A stretch of 64,000 bases of DNA, from the NCBI RefSeq assembly GCF_030144855.1, contig NC_082726.1, positions 61,318,001 to 61,382,000 on the forward strand, read 5' to 3'. This document shows, one piece after another, positions 36,936-52,121 of this stretch (its first letter is position 1; every line of letters begins with the position of its first letter). The notes beneath the pieces were generated by a model. That model ran no database searches, was not told the DNA's origin, and saw only the letters and a list, made by a program, of their open reading frames with translations. Source of the DNA: Hypanus sabinus (Eukaryota). A program made the position numbers and the translations under genes.

Positions 36936-39900
36936 AGATACTAAAGTCCTATCTATGGTACATAGAGAAGTCAGCACAAAATCAAATTAGAGCTATCCTT
37001 GTGAAATATGCCAGTATATGTTTAAATTAATTTGAAAATATCTAAATCTGAAAAAGAAGCAATTCTGAAACTAAATTTAGTGTGATATATATATAAAATT
37101 AATGCCAATTACATATTGATCTTTAATACATAGAGTTGGAAGATATCTAGCAGGGCGAAGTTGCCTATAGTATATATATATCAAATTTGGTGTATGATTT
37201 TTATCCAACACATTAAAATATATGTGTGTTTAGACTACGTGTAGTGCTTAAATCATGTATTAATGTCTTCTTGAAAAGATGATCCACCATAAAATTTATT
37301 TCTTCAGCTCTGAAATAATCAGAAGAAAATAAAAGGGAAGCAATCATCAAGAGGTCTGACTTGATTTAGCATTGCTTGGACACATCCTGCAATCATACAA
37401 CTGAGTAATACCAAATAAAGAAGGGCCGGCTGGGACACAGTGGGCCATACTAAATACTGAAGAGTGTATCTGAAAAGGTCCATTTGGCTGCATGAATCAG
37501 ATACAGGGGAATGATGATGATGGAATGATGAGTTGTCAAGGAGAGGACAAGGACAGAAACCCGGGGATTTAATGAGGGAGGAGTTCACTGGGGAAGCGTC
37601 TGTCAACCTTTTGAATGATGGCGATCTGGTTTGGAATTAGAGGGGTGTGTTTAGGCTGACATCAAGGGTTTGTGGAGCAAAGATCATGGAATACAGGTGT
37701 AGGTCTGGGGCTTCGGAGAATGAGGGGATAAGGTTTATAGGTGTATAGTTAGAGTACATGCAAGCAGGCTACTTCCACTGAGGATGAGTGAGACCAGAAC
37801 TAGAGGTCACAGGTTAAGAGTGAAAGGTGAAACATTTAAGGGGAACATGAGAGGAAACATCTTCACTCTGAGGGTGGTGCAAGTGTGGAACAAGCTGCTG
37901 ACTGATATGATTTCAACATCAAAGGGAAGTTTGGATGAATACATGGATTGGAGGGGAATGGACGGCTCTGTTCTGAGGCCAGGTTGATGGGGTGATGCAG
38001 AATATTACTTCAACATGGACTAGATGGGCCAAAGGCCTGTTTCTGTGATGTAGTGCTCTATGTTGCCATGCCAGTAATCCAAAGCCATGGGTTAAAGATT
38101 CAGTGACATAAATTCCTATCACACTGCAATTGTTGAGAATTTAAAATTAATTAACTACTTTTCAGAAGAAAATAGAGTGACCAGAAAACAACGTTAAGTT
38201 GGTAAAACCTCAGTCCTAGTCTTTGGAGAAACAAATGTGACCAAACATGATTCTAGCAGTCCAGCAGAGTACTTGTCTTTTAACTGTCTCAACAATGAAC
38301 TTGCAAGTGACCTAGTTCAAGTACAATTGGTGACAGGCAATAAAAGCTGTTCCTTAACACTGACACCCACAAAACACTGGAGGAGCTTAGCCAGTCAGGT
38401 TGCATTTATGGAGAGGAACAAATGTTTGATGTTTCCAGCAAGACTCTTCATCACAACTGGAAAGGAAGGGGCCAGAAGCCAGATTAGGAAGGGGGGAGGA
38501 GGGGAAGGTGTACAAGCTGGCAGTTGATAGGTGAAACTAAGTGAGGAGGGTAGGAGGGATGAAGTGAGAAGCTGGAAAAGTTAAAGGGCTGAAGAAGAAG
38601 GAATCTAATAGGGGAGCCAGAGGGAGGTGATGGGGTAGGTGAGAAGAAGCGAATGGTGACAGAGTAACCAGAATGGGGAATGGAAACAAAAAGAGAAGGA
38701 GGGAGGGGAAAGAAATTACTAGAAGTTAGAAAAGTTGATGTAAAACCAGGTGGGCTTTTATGACAACTCAGTACAACTTGATGCACTGCACAGAAAAAAT
38801 GAGTGAAATGATGTATAACGTTGAAGAAATATGCACATGGATAAAACATAATAAGAAAGCACGCATTCATGAGGGAAATGACATAGGTTATAGTCAAAAA
38901 ACAAAGAACCATTCCAAATGCTGTGCAACTTGTCTTCTTGAGCATAAGCTAGGAAAGTTGCTGAAGATTTCTAGAATGACCACACTTGCAGTATTATGAG
39001 CAATTTTTGGTGTCTCATCTGAGAAAGGATGTGTTGGCATTGGAGAAGGTCTAGAGGAGGTCCTTGAGGATGATCCTGGGAATAAAAGGGTTAATGTATA
39101 AGAAGTGTTTGATCATCCTGGGCCTGTACTCACTGCAGTTTAGAAGAATGAGGGGGGTATCTCATTGAAACCTACTGAATATTGGAAAGTGGATGTGGAG
39201 AGGATGTTTCCCATAGTGGAGGAGACTAGGACCAGAGGCCATAGCCTCAGAATAGGACATCCATTTTGTACAGAGATGAAGAGGAATCTCTTTAGCTAGA
39301 GGGTGGTGAAAATGTGGAATTCATTGTCACAGACAGCTGTGGAGGCCATGTCATTGGGTATATTTAAAGTGGGGGATGATAGGCTGTTGAGTAGTCAGGG
39401 CATCAAAGTTTATGGAAAGAAGGCAGGAGAATGGAGTTGTGAGGAATAATAAATCAGCCATGATTGAATGATAGAGCTTACCCAATGGGCCGAGTGGCTT
39501 AATTCTTTTTCTATGTCTTAAGGACTTTTGATCTTACAAAATTTTTGATGAACTATACTTACAAGGTAACACATGGGGTATAAGAAGCTAATTCTTTCTT
39601 CAACAGCTATGGTCCAGGGTCTCTCTGTGAAAAACATCAGTTTCCCTTCATAATCATTACAAAACAAATAACCCCATGGATGACTCAACAACAGTAAATG
39701 GGATGTATCATTCTCACTCACCATGCACTGATGAAAGTCTCTTCATGTTTTTCCTTCAGCTTATCCAAACATCTTGTAATCTGTGATGTTTTCCCACTCT
39801 TTTATTCACAACAAAGACTTGAGATGTGGCTGTGTCACAATGCTATATTTAATATATTTCTACTATCTGAACCAAGTTGGCATACATTGAAAAAACCGCT

Positions 39901-40671
39901 TCAATTACATTGACTTTATTAAGCCGACTGCATTCTACATGCTGGTTGAACATTAATTCAACTCCTCATTAACTGATCAATATGTAATATGATTTATAGT
40001 TGAAACTGCAGTTGATAAATGTTTTAATTAATGGTTTAACCAAGTAGACATTAATTCTGCCCAAAGATCTTGAATGCAACTACTTGCATGGTAATTAAGG
40101 AACATAAAATTTGAATGAAGTATAGACGGCCTGTAGGGAAGAAAAAGGTCTGCAAATATAATTCTGCATATAATACATGTATAATATGTGCCCTAGATGA
40201 ATAGAAATGGCTTCCATACTATATCTTACACAACAGAAAACAAAAAGTGCTTGTAGGAAAATATTCATGTGCCTGAATACATAAGTTCCATCCACTAATT
40301 TCCAAAAATAACCTAACATTTATTAGGACCTTTTGATTACATGAAGCAAGTTCAAAGTTCAAAGTAAATTTGTTATCAAAGTTCCATTCTGAAACATGTG
40401 ATCACTCTGACTCCTGCTTATGCACCAAATTTAATTACACACCAACTTTCTGCTCAATTATAAAATTTCTTTGAAAATATTTGGCTTTTTGCAGGGCTCC
40501 AAGGAATAGATCCTGAGATACCTGAAACAATCTAAAACAATTACTGGTTTGGAAAACTATGAACAGAACATGTCAAATATGCTCCCACAAGAGAAACAGG
40601 GAGATCCTTGTCTTTTCAAATGGCATTTCTAATTTGATGATGTCCAAATACTCCACTTGGTTCTGATCCAG

Positions 40672-41765
40672 TCAACAGAAATATTCATGTTGGTGTGCTT
40701 CATTGTTAAGAGCTTCCTCAGAATCCAAACTGGACCTTGGAGACAGTAGTTTGTTGACCTCATCTTTATTGTGATGAGTCATATCTTCTTCTTCAGTGAT
40801 GTTTGTCCCGGGTCCCACTGCTAGACTTTCAAGTGTAACAAATGAGTTGTTTTGGTAATCATCTTCCGGGGGTTTAATCAGAAACTTCCTGCAGCGTCTC
40901 TTTAAGGCTCCACAGCAGACAATGAGGGTGAGAGGGACCACAATTACACAGGCCACAGTGATCACCACGGCGTTAATCAGTTTCTGAGTCCCACTCGCAT
41001 GAGCCACCTCGTCAGTGGAGAAAATCACACATTGCTCCTTTTTGGGTATGATTCCTTTGACACAAATGCAGACGATGTACTTGGTCTGTGGCATCAAACC
41101 ATCAATGGTGATCTTGGTCTTCCCGGGACTCACGTTTATCCTGCTCATGTCCCTTTCACCAAAAGTAGTGTATAAAATACTAAAAAGAGTGATATTTGTT
41201 GCCTTGGGTGACCTCCAAGCCAAGGACACACTATGATGGGTACCCCCAATGACTCTGACAGATCTTACTAAGCAGTCTGCCTCAGGTTGGGTCGAAGGGG
41301 GACTCATTGTTATATTCCAGGAATCATTGATGCTTCTCTGATTTTGCAAAAAGTCACTGATTTTGGAACGTTTCGTCTTCAGGGAAACAATGTCTGGGAC
41401 ATTTTCATTTGGATTCATCTGGTTACGACGCATGACAAAGTAGTCTGTCCTGTCAATAGTATGGGAGCTCCTCGGCATCTCTGTTGGTGATGCGGTGGAG
41501 ATGATGGTACTCACGTACCTGGCCATCAGCTTCCTACTGCGTGTGGCAGCTCTCTGATTTCTCATTTTCCTCAGACATCTTCCTGATGTGCTTTTGACCA
41601 GTTCCGTTGTCACCTCTGACTCAACCACAAGAAGGGAAATTGTAGCATTAGATATTCCCATCAAATTACTGGCTCGACACAAGTATTCACCAGAGTCCTG
41701 ATAGGATACGTCTGATAGGCTGAGTGTAGACAGCTTTAGTGTCCTGTCAGTATTGTCCAGTATCA
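40672..41765 (-). CDS. LRIT1: LRIT1 coding exon 4 (end of Ig domain, FN3, TM, tail ending EYFC)
   Basis: Acceptor gttttgcAG. Contains DSGEYLCRASNLMG, VRSVRVIGGTHHSVSLAW, KEQCVIFSTDEV, TM LINAVVITVACVIVVPLTLIVCC and the C-terminal EYFC found in recalled human LRIT1. Spliced CDS is 1989 nt (662 aa). Confidence 0.95.
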
Positions 41766-42093
41766 CTGCAAAACACAATGATTGCAATGTATGGTATGAA
41801 CTTGAACAAATATCATTTTAATTTAAGGTTGAAGCAATGGAATATGGCCATTGTTCACTTTTTTACACTGATGTTTTGTATGTAATCACTGTTGGATAAA
41901 TCTTAAAAGTAGTTACAATTGTTTTGACATATTCACCAGTTGAAACCACTTTCCTACAAGAAATATTTCAATGGTATTCTTGAAAGCTCAGGATGAACAA
42001 CTGGCTAAAATAACAAATAAATATGGTTTGTATTTTGTTTGTATGCAGAAGATTTTAAATATTTTTCATATTTTACACATTTCATAACACAAA

Positions 42094-42616
42094 ACTTAGT
42101 GCCCACTTTATTAAGTACACCTGTACACTTGTTTGTTAATACAAATATCTAATCAGCCAATCATGTGGCAGCAACTCAATCCATAGAAGTATGAAGGCAT
42201 GGTCAACAAGTTCAGTTTTTGTTCAGACCAAACATCAGAATGCGGAAGAAGTCTTATCTAAGTGATTTTGAATGTGGAAATGATTGTTGGTGCCAGACAG
42301 GGTGGTTTGAGTGTTTCAGAAAGTGCTGATCTCCTCGGATATTTGTTCCAAGCAGTCTCTAAGGTTTACAGAGAATCATGCAAGAAATAAAAGAATATCC
42401 AGTGAGCAGCTTTTCTTTGGGTGAAAGGGCCTTGTTAATGAGAAAGGTCACTCAAATAACCATGTGTTACAACAACAGTGTGCAGGAGAGCACCTCTGAA
42501 TGCACAACACATCGAACCTTGAAGCAGATGGGCTTCAGCAGCAGAAGACCACGAACATACGCTCAGTGGCCCCTTTGGTAGGTACAGAAGGTATCTAATA
42601 AAGTTGCCACTGAGTG
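42094..42616 (+). mobile_element. Tc1-derived non-autonomous element
   Basis: TIR-like CACTCAGTGGCCACTTTATTAGGTAC at both ends and Tc1 N-terminal remnants (DFECG.IVGAR; SECTTHRTLKQMGFSSRRP). Homologous copies lie near 55445-55740, 62450-62871 and 63374-63920. Confidence 0.8.
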
Positions 42617-45022
42617 CATCTGAATAGAGATCCTGAATTGATAGGTTGAACACCTGGCTAAAATGACAAATAAATCTGGTTTGTCCTTTTTTAAAATTTG
42701 TTAAAAGTTTCAAACGTTTGCCATATTTGGCATGTTTCATTAAATTCTACACATAAATTCCACTGGACAACTAATGGAGTTTGCACATGGATGAGCATTG
42801 ATTGAATTGAATCATGGAGCTCCTGTACCTAAGTCCCCATTCTAAATTACAATACCTAATCATATTTAACCAGATTAAGGAAGAATACCTTGAGCTATTG
42901 TTTGTTTCTTATGTACTGTGTCATATGATGTGAGCACTCATGATTGTTTTTGGCAAACTTTCCAAGATTATTCTTGGCAAAATTTTCTACAGAAGTTGAT
43001 TGCCATTGCCTTCTTCTAGGCAGTATCTTTAACAATGGGTGACCCCAGCCGTTATCAGTGGTTTTCAGAGCTTGTCTGCCTTGCATCAGTGGTCACGTAA
43101 CCAGGACATGTGATATGCACCAACTGCTCATATGACTATCCACTACCTGCTCACATGGCTTCACGTGACCCTGATTGGGGGCATTAAGCACCTTTCTCAG
43201 GTGTGACCTGCAGGCTAGGAGAGGGAAGGATCACCTTACATCTCCTTTGGTAGAGACATATCTCCACCCCGATACCTTCATGACTTTTTTATAACAGTGG
43301 AAACAATATTTGCTTCTTACATTAGCTGGGAATAGTTTTGAAAGTAAAGCCATGTTTCTAGACAGAATAATATTGAAAGCATGTTGGATGAAAGAAATAG
43401 AGATTTATATTTCTAATGCAATGTTCAGGCCTTGTAAGAATGTTCTAAAGTAATTTAGAAGCAAATCACTCTTAAGGGAAATGCAGCAGCCAATCCAGAT
43501 TGGCAGAAATGAACAATGTTCAGATATCTGTTATAGTAATCATAAGTGAGGGATCAAGTTGACCAGGCCATGACATTAAAGATGATCTTTATTTGTCATA
43601 TGTACATCAAAACATCAAAATGTACAGTGAAATAGGTCATTTGCGTGATTGTTTCTGTGATGTGTTGGGGGCAGCTCACCAAGACCCACCATGATTCTGG
43701 CACCAGCGTAGTATACCCATAAATCATGAGCCCTAACCATACATAATTAGAAGGTGGGTGGAAACAGGAGCACCCAGGGAAAACCTACTGAGTCACAGGG
43801 AGAATTTACAATGTCCTAACCAGACAGGGGAGGGAATTGTACCCCATTCAGTGTCATGAGGGCTTCTCCATCTTGCAAAATCCAATAAGGTCTAGTTTGG
43901 CATCTGCTCTGCAAGACAGAAGCTCCCTCAGCACTATATTCTCTGCTGAGGTCTCTGAAACAGGAATCTAACCTGGAATCTTTAAGGGATCAAACACGGT
44001 GTCACAACTGACACCCAGCACAGCTAAAATTATGACCAGAGATTGCAGATGCTGGAATCTGGGGCAAGATGGTGCAGGAACTTAGCAGGTCAGGAAGTAT
44101 GTGTAGATGGAAATGGATATTTCAGGTTGTGGTTTTTCACATCTCTGACCAACACATCAACTGTCCATTTCTCTATACAGATGCAACCTGAGCCATTGAG
44201 TTCCTTGAGCATCTTGTTCAGAATCAGAATTACTTTATTGTCAGTATAAGAAACATTCCAAAATTGATTGTGGTTTGGTGCCAAGCATAAAACTCAGGAC
44301 AATACCATAACTGACAACACAATAATAACCAACATTTTACAAGCCAATAGTGCAGACAGCCACGTGCAATCAACAATTAGCAGGACAGTCTCTTGTGCAA
44401 ACATCAATAATCAGACTTAAATAACTGTGAACATGAAGAGACTCAATAATTATCAACAGAACAAGGAGAACAAGAAAGTCCTTTTAACAGGTGTTTTGCA
44501 GGGACTGTTAGGGTATTACACTTCCTACGGGAAAGAAGCTTTGGGGTGTTTCCCAAAATCAGTGTGTTTACATTAGGGCAATGCTGAGGGAGTTTCTGAC
44601 TTACAGCAGGAATGTCGAAGTTATTCCTCAACTATTATCTACCAAGATAGAGAAGCCCTCCTGACATTTTGACCTGGGTTTGATTCCCACCGTTGACTGT
44701 AAGTACGTTGTATGTTCTCCCCGTGATTGAATGGGCTTCCTCCAGATGCTGTATTTTCCTCCCACATTCCAAAGACAAACCGTTAGAGTTAGCGAGCTGT
44801 GGGCATGTCATGTTGGTGCTGGAAGCATAGCAACACTTGATGTAAAACTGTTACCTCTGACATTCTCCCTAAACTTTCCTCCAATCATCTTTTGCCCCCT
44901 CGTATTAGGACCAGGCAACAAATGTGACTTGAATTGACTGGCTTTCAACCTTGTGAACTTTTAGCATATGAACTATCAAGCTGCAAAGTGATCTTAATCG
45001 TCTCCGATGACCAGATACCTAC

Positions 45023-45328
45023 CTGTGCCATTCAGTAGTTTGCTATCCAGCCTGTTCCAGCTAACGGTAGGGGTAGGAACTCCTGTGGTTGCACAGCAAA
45101 GTGAGATGGTGCTCCCTGTGACTACCACCACTTTACCTTCTGCAGTGTGTACTCTTGGGCTTTGGCATTCATTGAGCTTTATGTTGCTGAAGGGGGCGCC
45201 AGAGAGCTGATCCGGCCCGAAGCATTCTAATTGAGAATCCATCAATGCTGCTGTTGGATTGTGCATCTTAGTAAATTTAACTAGTTCTGATAATCTGCAG
45301 TCACATTCCCAAGGGTTGTTATGTAATC
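45023..45328 (-). CDS. LRIT1: LRIT1 coding exon 3 (LRRCT and first half of Ig domain)
   Basis: Acceptor tctcttcaacAG, donor G|GTAGG, 306 nt, phase 1/1. GLHNNPWECDCRL...CATTGVPTPTVSW...LNGT. Confidence 0.95.
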
Positions 45329-45522
45329 CTGTTGAAGAGAATAGGTTTGCATAATTCATTAAATTAAAATTGCCATGCTATGCAATATCAGCTGTAAATC
45401 TTAGCATTTTATAGAACATAGAACAGTACAGGTCCTTTGGCCCACAATGTTGTTAGGAGATGTTACTACAGTTTTTCTTCTTTCTGCTTCACGAGTAAAT
45501 CTTCTTTCTTTGCTGCATACAA

Positions 45523-46440
45523 GACACTGGGTGGCAGTGTGAAATGTCAGGAGGATGTTATGAGAATGCAGGGTGACTTGGACAGGTTGGGTGAGTGGGC
45601 AAATGTATGGCAGATGCAGTTTATTGTGGATAAATGTGAGGTTATCCACTTTGGTGGCAAGAACAGGAAGGCAGATTACTATCTAAATGGAGTCAAGTTA
45701 GGAAAAGGGGAAGTACAACGAGATCTAGGTGTTCTTGTACATCAGTCAATGAAAGCAAGCATGCAGGTACAGCAGGCAGTGAAGAAAGCTAATGGCATGC
45801 TGGCCTTTATAACAAGAGGAATTGAGTATAGGAGTAAAGAGGTCCTTCTGCAGCTGTACAGGGCCCTGGTGAGACCCCACCTGGAGTATTATGTGCAGTT
45901 TTGGTCTCCAAATTTGAGGAAGGACATTCTTGCTATTGAGGGAGTGCAGCGTAGGTTCACAAGGTTAATTCCTGGAATGGCGGGACTGTCATATTGGAGC
46001 GACTGGGCTTATATACACTGGAATTTAGTAGGATGAGAGGAGATCTGATTGAAACATATAAGATTATTAAGGGATTGGACACGCTGGAGGCAGGAAGCAT
46101 GTTCCCGCTGATGGGTGAGTCCAGAACTAAAGGCCACAGTTTAAGAATAAGGGGTGGGCCATTTAGAACAGAGATGCGGAAAAACTTTTTCACCCAGAGA
46201 GTGGTGGATATGTGGAATGCTCTGCCCCAGAAGGCAGTGGAGGCCAAGTCTCTGGATGCATTCAAGAGAGAGTTAGAGCGAGCTCTTCTAGATAGCGGGA
46301 TAGCGGGGTCAAGGGATCTGGGGAGAGGGCAGGATCGGGGTACTGATTGTGTATGATCAGCCATGATCACAGTGAATGGCGGAGCTGGCTAGAAGGGCTG
46401 AATGGCCTACTCCTGCTCCTACTGGCTATTGTCTATTGTT
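45523..46440 (+). mobile_element. CR1 LINE 3' fragment (second subfamily) in LRIT1 intron 2
   Basis: LDRLGEWANVWQMQF...ALVRPHLEY...RGDLIETYKI...WNALP, with a (CTATTGT)n-type tail. Confidence 0.93.
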
Positions 46441-49224
46441 GGCTCTGGATCAACCGCTTAGGCTACCTCCAGAACATGGACATGGTGCTGATGATAAATT
46501 ATCTAGTAAATATTTTAATCCAGCCATTGCCCCCCTGTGAAAAAAGTACCCGCTGTCCATTCTGCCTAAATAATAGATTACCTATTATCAATATTATTTA
46601 TTATCAACTTACCGGAGGTAGCCCATGGCATTTGACATAAAGCCAACAAGTATTAATGAATTAATTTAGCAATATAGCAGAGAGTAGGGCCTTCCACCCA
46701 GCCCCTTGAGCCATGTCACCCCAGCAACCCCACACAAACCCGACTAACCCTAACCTAATCATGGAACAATTGACAATGACTGATTAACCTGTCCAGTAAG
46801 CCTTTAGACTGTGGGAGGAAACAGAGTACTAAGGGACCTCCCACGCATTCCAGAGAGGACATACCGACTCCTTACAGAGTTCTGCTGGAATTGATCTCCG
46901 AACTCTGGAACGCCTTGAGCTGTAACAGCATCGTGCCAACCACTACTCCACCATGGTGCCAACAAGGGAGATTTTCACAGGAAGCAGAAAGTTCAAAGTA
47001 CATATATGTTTCCATATACTACCCTGAGATTCATCTTGCAGGCATTTATATGAAAAATAAAGAATCTATGTAAAACCATACATAAACAAGAGCTGGCTTG
47101 TTAAATAAAAATATGATATCTGAGAACATGAGCTGAAAAGAGTCCTTGAAAGTGAGTCTGTCGGTCGTAGTATCAGTTCAGAATAGTGGTGAGTGATGCT
47201 ATCAATGCCAGTTCAGGAGTCGGATGGTTGCAGCGTGATAACCTAGGATCTAGTGGTGTGGGACCTGAGGTTTCCCTGCCTCCTGTCCAATGGTAGTAGT
47301 GAGGAGAGGGCATGGCCTTTGGGGGTCCTTGATGATAGATGCTGCTCTCTTGTAGTAGCACTGTTTGTAGATGTGTTCAATGATGGATAGAACTCTAAGA
47401 GCTCTAAGAACACTTAAAATTGTTACATTAAGGTGTTATTACCATGAATAGAGGATTAAAAGACAGAGAACAGAGTGTATTTAATAGACCTTTTTCATAT
47501 TTGGCAGTATCTGTGTCTAATAGTGGGTGTTTACAGTACTTCTTTGTACAGAATTGCAGCACGCGATCCTCTGCTGCTACAAATGTCTCAATGTAAAACT
47601 GGCAACTGGTCAGAATCAGGCAATCGTGGGGTGAAGCACCTGTCAGTCTTATCTCATCCAGCTGAAACAAAAAGCGTGTTAAATCCTTTGCGTTAAGGCA
47701 AGAGTGAGGTATTTTACTGAGTTCAATATGTTGTAGATATTCTCCCATAAACAGCCATTAGATGGCAGGATAACCCAGTGATGAACCAACAACTTTCAAA
47801 ACTAGGACAGAATGATGACAACTCGTGTCTTCTTAGTTTCTTAATGCTTGTTATGACTGCTGGCATTTAGGGCAATAATGAAGCTCCTCTATCTCTGTCT
47901 ATTTTCAGCCATCTTCTAGCGTTGTTTAGGGCTTCCCTCATGCCAGTAGCTTCCTCTCAGTTTTCACTACTGTCAGCCATGCAATTCCTGGGTGGAGACT
48001 CAGGAATACTCTCACAAAGAGATGTAGAAGGATTCTTCATTGCTATTTCTATAACAGTTTGATTTTACCAATCAGGGTTGTTATCCCTGAGCTGAACCAC
48101 TGAACCTAGAGGACCGGTGGACCACTCTTAGCCTGGCCTCTACCCTTTGACCTGTTTGGCATGGGTGACCCAAGCAAGAGCCAAACCATGAAGCCCTGAC
48201 TCCAGACAGATTAGCTCTCTGGGCCATTGAGGAATGCAAGCCTCCAAACCACGAAAAGGCTGTGGTCCTTCTGGGGTGTTCTTAGTTAAGATGAATTTAT
48301 TTCAGATTATAAATAGCAGAGAGGCAGGTAGGAAACTCTGATGGTAAGTACAAAGATGGGAAGGTCAGTGGTTTCATCAAAGACAAAATTACAGCTGATT
48401 GACTTGAGTTCGATAATTAAAATGTTGAAAAGTTCTTTAATAGTTATCATTGTGAAGGCAGTAACAAGTAAGAAGCGAGAGACATTTTTAATCAAAGCAA
48501 GCCAGGGGTTAACGTATTGGAGTTTGAACCCTGATGTTTGATGATTCAGGAACAAGGCAGCTGAAGAATTTAAATTCAGTTAACTAAATACCTTGCTGAA
48601 TTGAGAAGCTAGTCTCAGTAATGGTGAACACTGGGTTGTCATAAAAACCTACCTTACCGATCTTACAATTTCTCTAAATTTTGGTAATTTCTCTGCTCTC
48701 CCCCTTCTCCCCTTTTCCTTTTCGCATTCTGGTTCACCTATCACCCTTTCTCCTCACCTGCCCGTCAGCTCCCTCTCTTTCTTCGGTCTACTGTCTTATC
48801 CTATCAGATTCCTGCTTCCTTAGCTCCTACCCTCTTCCCCCTATCACATCCCAGCCTCTTGCTTCATCCTCCATCCCCCAACCCTCAACCAGCTACCTTC
48901 CCCATCTAGTCTCACCTATCACCTGCCAGCTTGTAAGCCTTCGCTTCTTGCCACCTTCTTATTCTGGTTTCTTCCCCTTTCCTTTCTAGTACTGATGAAG
49001 GGTCTCAGGTCAAAACGTTGATTATTTATTCCTCTGCAAAGATGCTGCCTAACTTGTTAAGTTCCTCCAGCATTCTGCATGTGGTTTACTGAGGAATATC
49101 TGTACCTGTTGTGTTACTATGTGTAGCAACAACTGTGGATATCTTGTAAACATTCCTTGAAGTAATTGGCCAATTCCCAATGGCAAGTTGGAGCAGACAC
49201 TTGCCGTTAACTTCAAAGTCCCAC

Positions 49225-51430
49225 AGGCACATAATAGAATATAGAAAAATACAGCCCACTTGTTCCATGATGTTGTGCCAACCTTGACGCCAATTTATAC
49301 TAAAAGCCCTCCTTCTATGTATCATCCGTATTCCTCTATTCCCTTGTGACTATCTAAAAGTCTCCACCAAACTGCCTGCTTGCACTGCAACCCCTGGCAG
49401 CCTATTCCAGGCTCCTACCACTCTGCATAATAAAATCTACTCCTCACCCTCTTGTCACCTTTTAAACTTCCATTGATCTTGAAATTTCTGTCACAGGGAA
49501 AAAAATTATGACTATGTACCCTATCTATCCTGCTCATATATTTAGAAACTTCTAAAAGGTCCTCCTTTAGTCTGCAGTGCTCTTGGGAGAGCAACCCGCG
49601 TTCGTCCCAACTTTCCTTATAGCTTCTACCCTTTAATCCAGGCAGCATTCTGATGAACCTCTACTGCTTCCTCTCCGCGGTCTTCACATCTTTCTTACAA
49701 CAGGTAAGCACATTACTGCAGGTGTGGTCTGACTGAAGTTTTATATAGCTACAGCATGACTTCCTTACTCTTACATTCAACAGCCCTATCAATGAAGGCA
49801 AGAATGCCAAATGCCTTTGTTACCACCTTATCCACTTGCAGCCGCTTTCAATGAACAATGGATCTGGACTCCAAGGATATCAAGCTCTACCATTGTCTGT
49901 AGACACTCTACTTTCTCCTTTCATTTGACCTCCCAAAGTGCAAAACATCACATTTGCCCAGATTACACCTCATTTGCCACATCCCTGTCTACATCTATTA
50001 TTGATCTATACCCCACTGTATTTTTGGATAGTCCTTTACGGTGTCCATAACTCCACCAATCTTTGTGTCATCCTCAAACGTGCTGATCCAGCCATCAATA
50101 ATTTCCATAATACCATAAGATATAGGAGCAGAATTATGCAATTTGGGCCAACAAGTCTGCTCCATCATATCATGACAGATCCATTTCCCTCCCAGCCCCA
50201 ATATCTCCTGCTTCTCCCTGTATCCCTTCAAGCCCTGAATAATCAAAAGTCTATCAGCCTCTGCCTTAAACATACCCAATGACCTGGACTCCACAGCTAT
50301 CCGTGGCAATGAATTCTACAGCTTCACCACTCACTGACAAAAGAAATTCCTCCTCACCTCCATTCTGAATGGATGTCTCTCTGTTCTAAGGCCGTGACCT
50401 CTGTCTTAGATTCTTCCACTTTCATCAAAATCATTGATATAAAACACAGACAACGGGGATCCCAATAATAATCCTAGTGGTCCTGCTCCTCCAGCCAGAT
50501 TAACATCCTTCCACTCATGCTCTCTGACGTCTATGGACAAGTCAGTTCTGAATCCATACTTACAATTCAGCCTGGATCCTGTGCATCTTTATCTTCTGAA
50601 TCAACCTACCATGAAGGACCTAATCACATGCCTTTCTAAAGTCCATTAGATAATATTCACTGCTTAACCCTCATCAGGCTTCTTTGTCACCTCCTCAAAA
50701 AAACTCTATCATTTACAAGACATGACTTACCCTTCACAAATCCACACTGACTCTCCCTAAGCAAGCCATGCCTTTCCAATTGTGCATAAATGCTATTCCT
50801 CAGTATTCTCTCTGACAGCTTCCCCACCACTGACATAAAGCTCACAGACCAGTAATTACCTGGATTATCCCTGCTACCTCTCTTGAACAAAGCACATCAT
50901 TTGCTACTTCACAGTCCTCTGAGACCTTCTCACATGATATGGAAGACACAAAGGCCTTTGTCAAAGCTTTAGCACCTCCTCACTTGCTTCTTTCAATATT
51001 CTGGGGTATGACACCAGGCCCTGGGGATTTATCCATCTTAATGCTCTTTAAAAGACCCAGAACTAGCTCCTCCTTAATCTCAAACTGTCCCAGTACAGTA
51101 CCCTTTGTCTTCAAATCCTTCTCCTCAGTAAATAATGGCACGAAGTACTGCAGCCACTTGCACTGGCTCCAAACACACATTGTCTCCTTTATCCTTGACT
51201 GGATCTACCTTTTTCTTAGTTAGTCTCAAATTTCCTTGAGCCTGCTGGCCTGGCCCATGTTGGCCTTCTTAATCACCTGCTTCACCACTTACTCTACCTT
51301 TAAATTCCATAAAGGCCCAGTCTGACTTTAGTTTTCTAAATGTTACTTATGCTTCCTTTAGATCTTCCTAAATTTAAGACCGCTCATATCTCTTAAAGTT
51401 CCCCTACTTTACCATCCTTTTCCTTATGCC
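49225..51430 (-). mobile_element. Old CR1 LINE remnant with a nested CR1 fragment (about 50110-50420)
   Basis: Fragments KSPGPG, FKRGSRDNPGNY...GFVKGKSCL and FEDDTKIGG. Confidence 0.75.
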
Positions 51431-52121
51431 AACAAACTAAATGATTCAAAATAGCAAATATAGAAAGGAGTTTTCCCAAAAAGTGAGAAGTATGAAAGAA
51501 GAGCATTATGTCACTGTTATTGGAAACATAGAGTTGTAGAATTAGAGAGCACTACAGCACAGAAACAGGCCTGTCAGTCTATCTGGTCCATGCTGAACTA
51601 TTATTCTGCCAAATCCCATTTCATCCTGCACCAGGACCATAGCTCTCCATACCCTTCCCATCTGTGTAACTATCCAAAGTTATCCTAAATACTGAAATTG
51701 AACCCACATCCACCACTTCTGCTGGCAGCTCGTTCCACAATCACATCCTCTGAGTGAAGAAGTTCCCCTTAAATATTTTACCTTTCACCCTTGACCTACA
51801 ACCTCTTGTTCTAGTCTCACTCAACCTCAGTGGAAAAAGCCCGTTTGCCAATAATTCAGCTAGAAATCGACCTGGATATTGAATCATTGATGGATTTGCT
51901 TATAGATGGTTCTACCATTTAAGGTAAAATTGGATAGCTATATGGACAGGAAAGGAGTGGAGGGTTATGGGCTGAGTGCGGGTAGGTGGGACTAGGTGAG
52001 ATTAAGAGTTCGGCACGGACTAGGAGGGCCGAGATGGCCTGTTTCCGTGCTGTAATTGTTATATGGTTATATGGTTACCAAACAGCATGAGTAAGACAGA
52101 ATCAGTGTTATTTCTGCCTAC

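Noticed and set aside
37319-37606. Minus-strand ORF with a hydrophobic stretch as candidate LRIT2 exon 1
   Set aside because: It has no LRRNT CxC..FGR motif or suitable donor and partly overlaps a Penelope-like remnant. The true exon 1 is 36684-36790.
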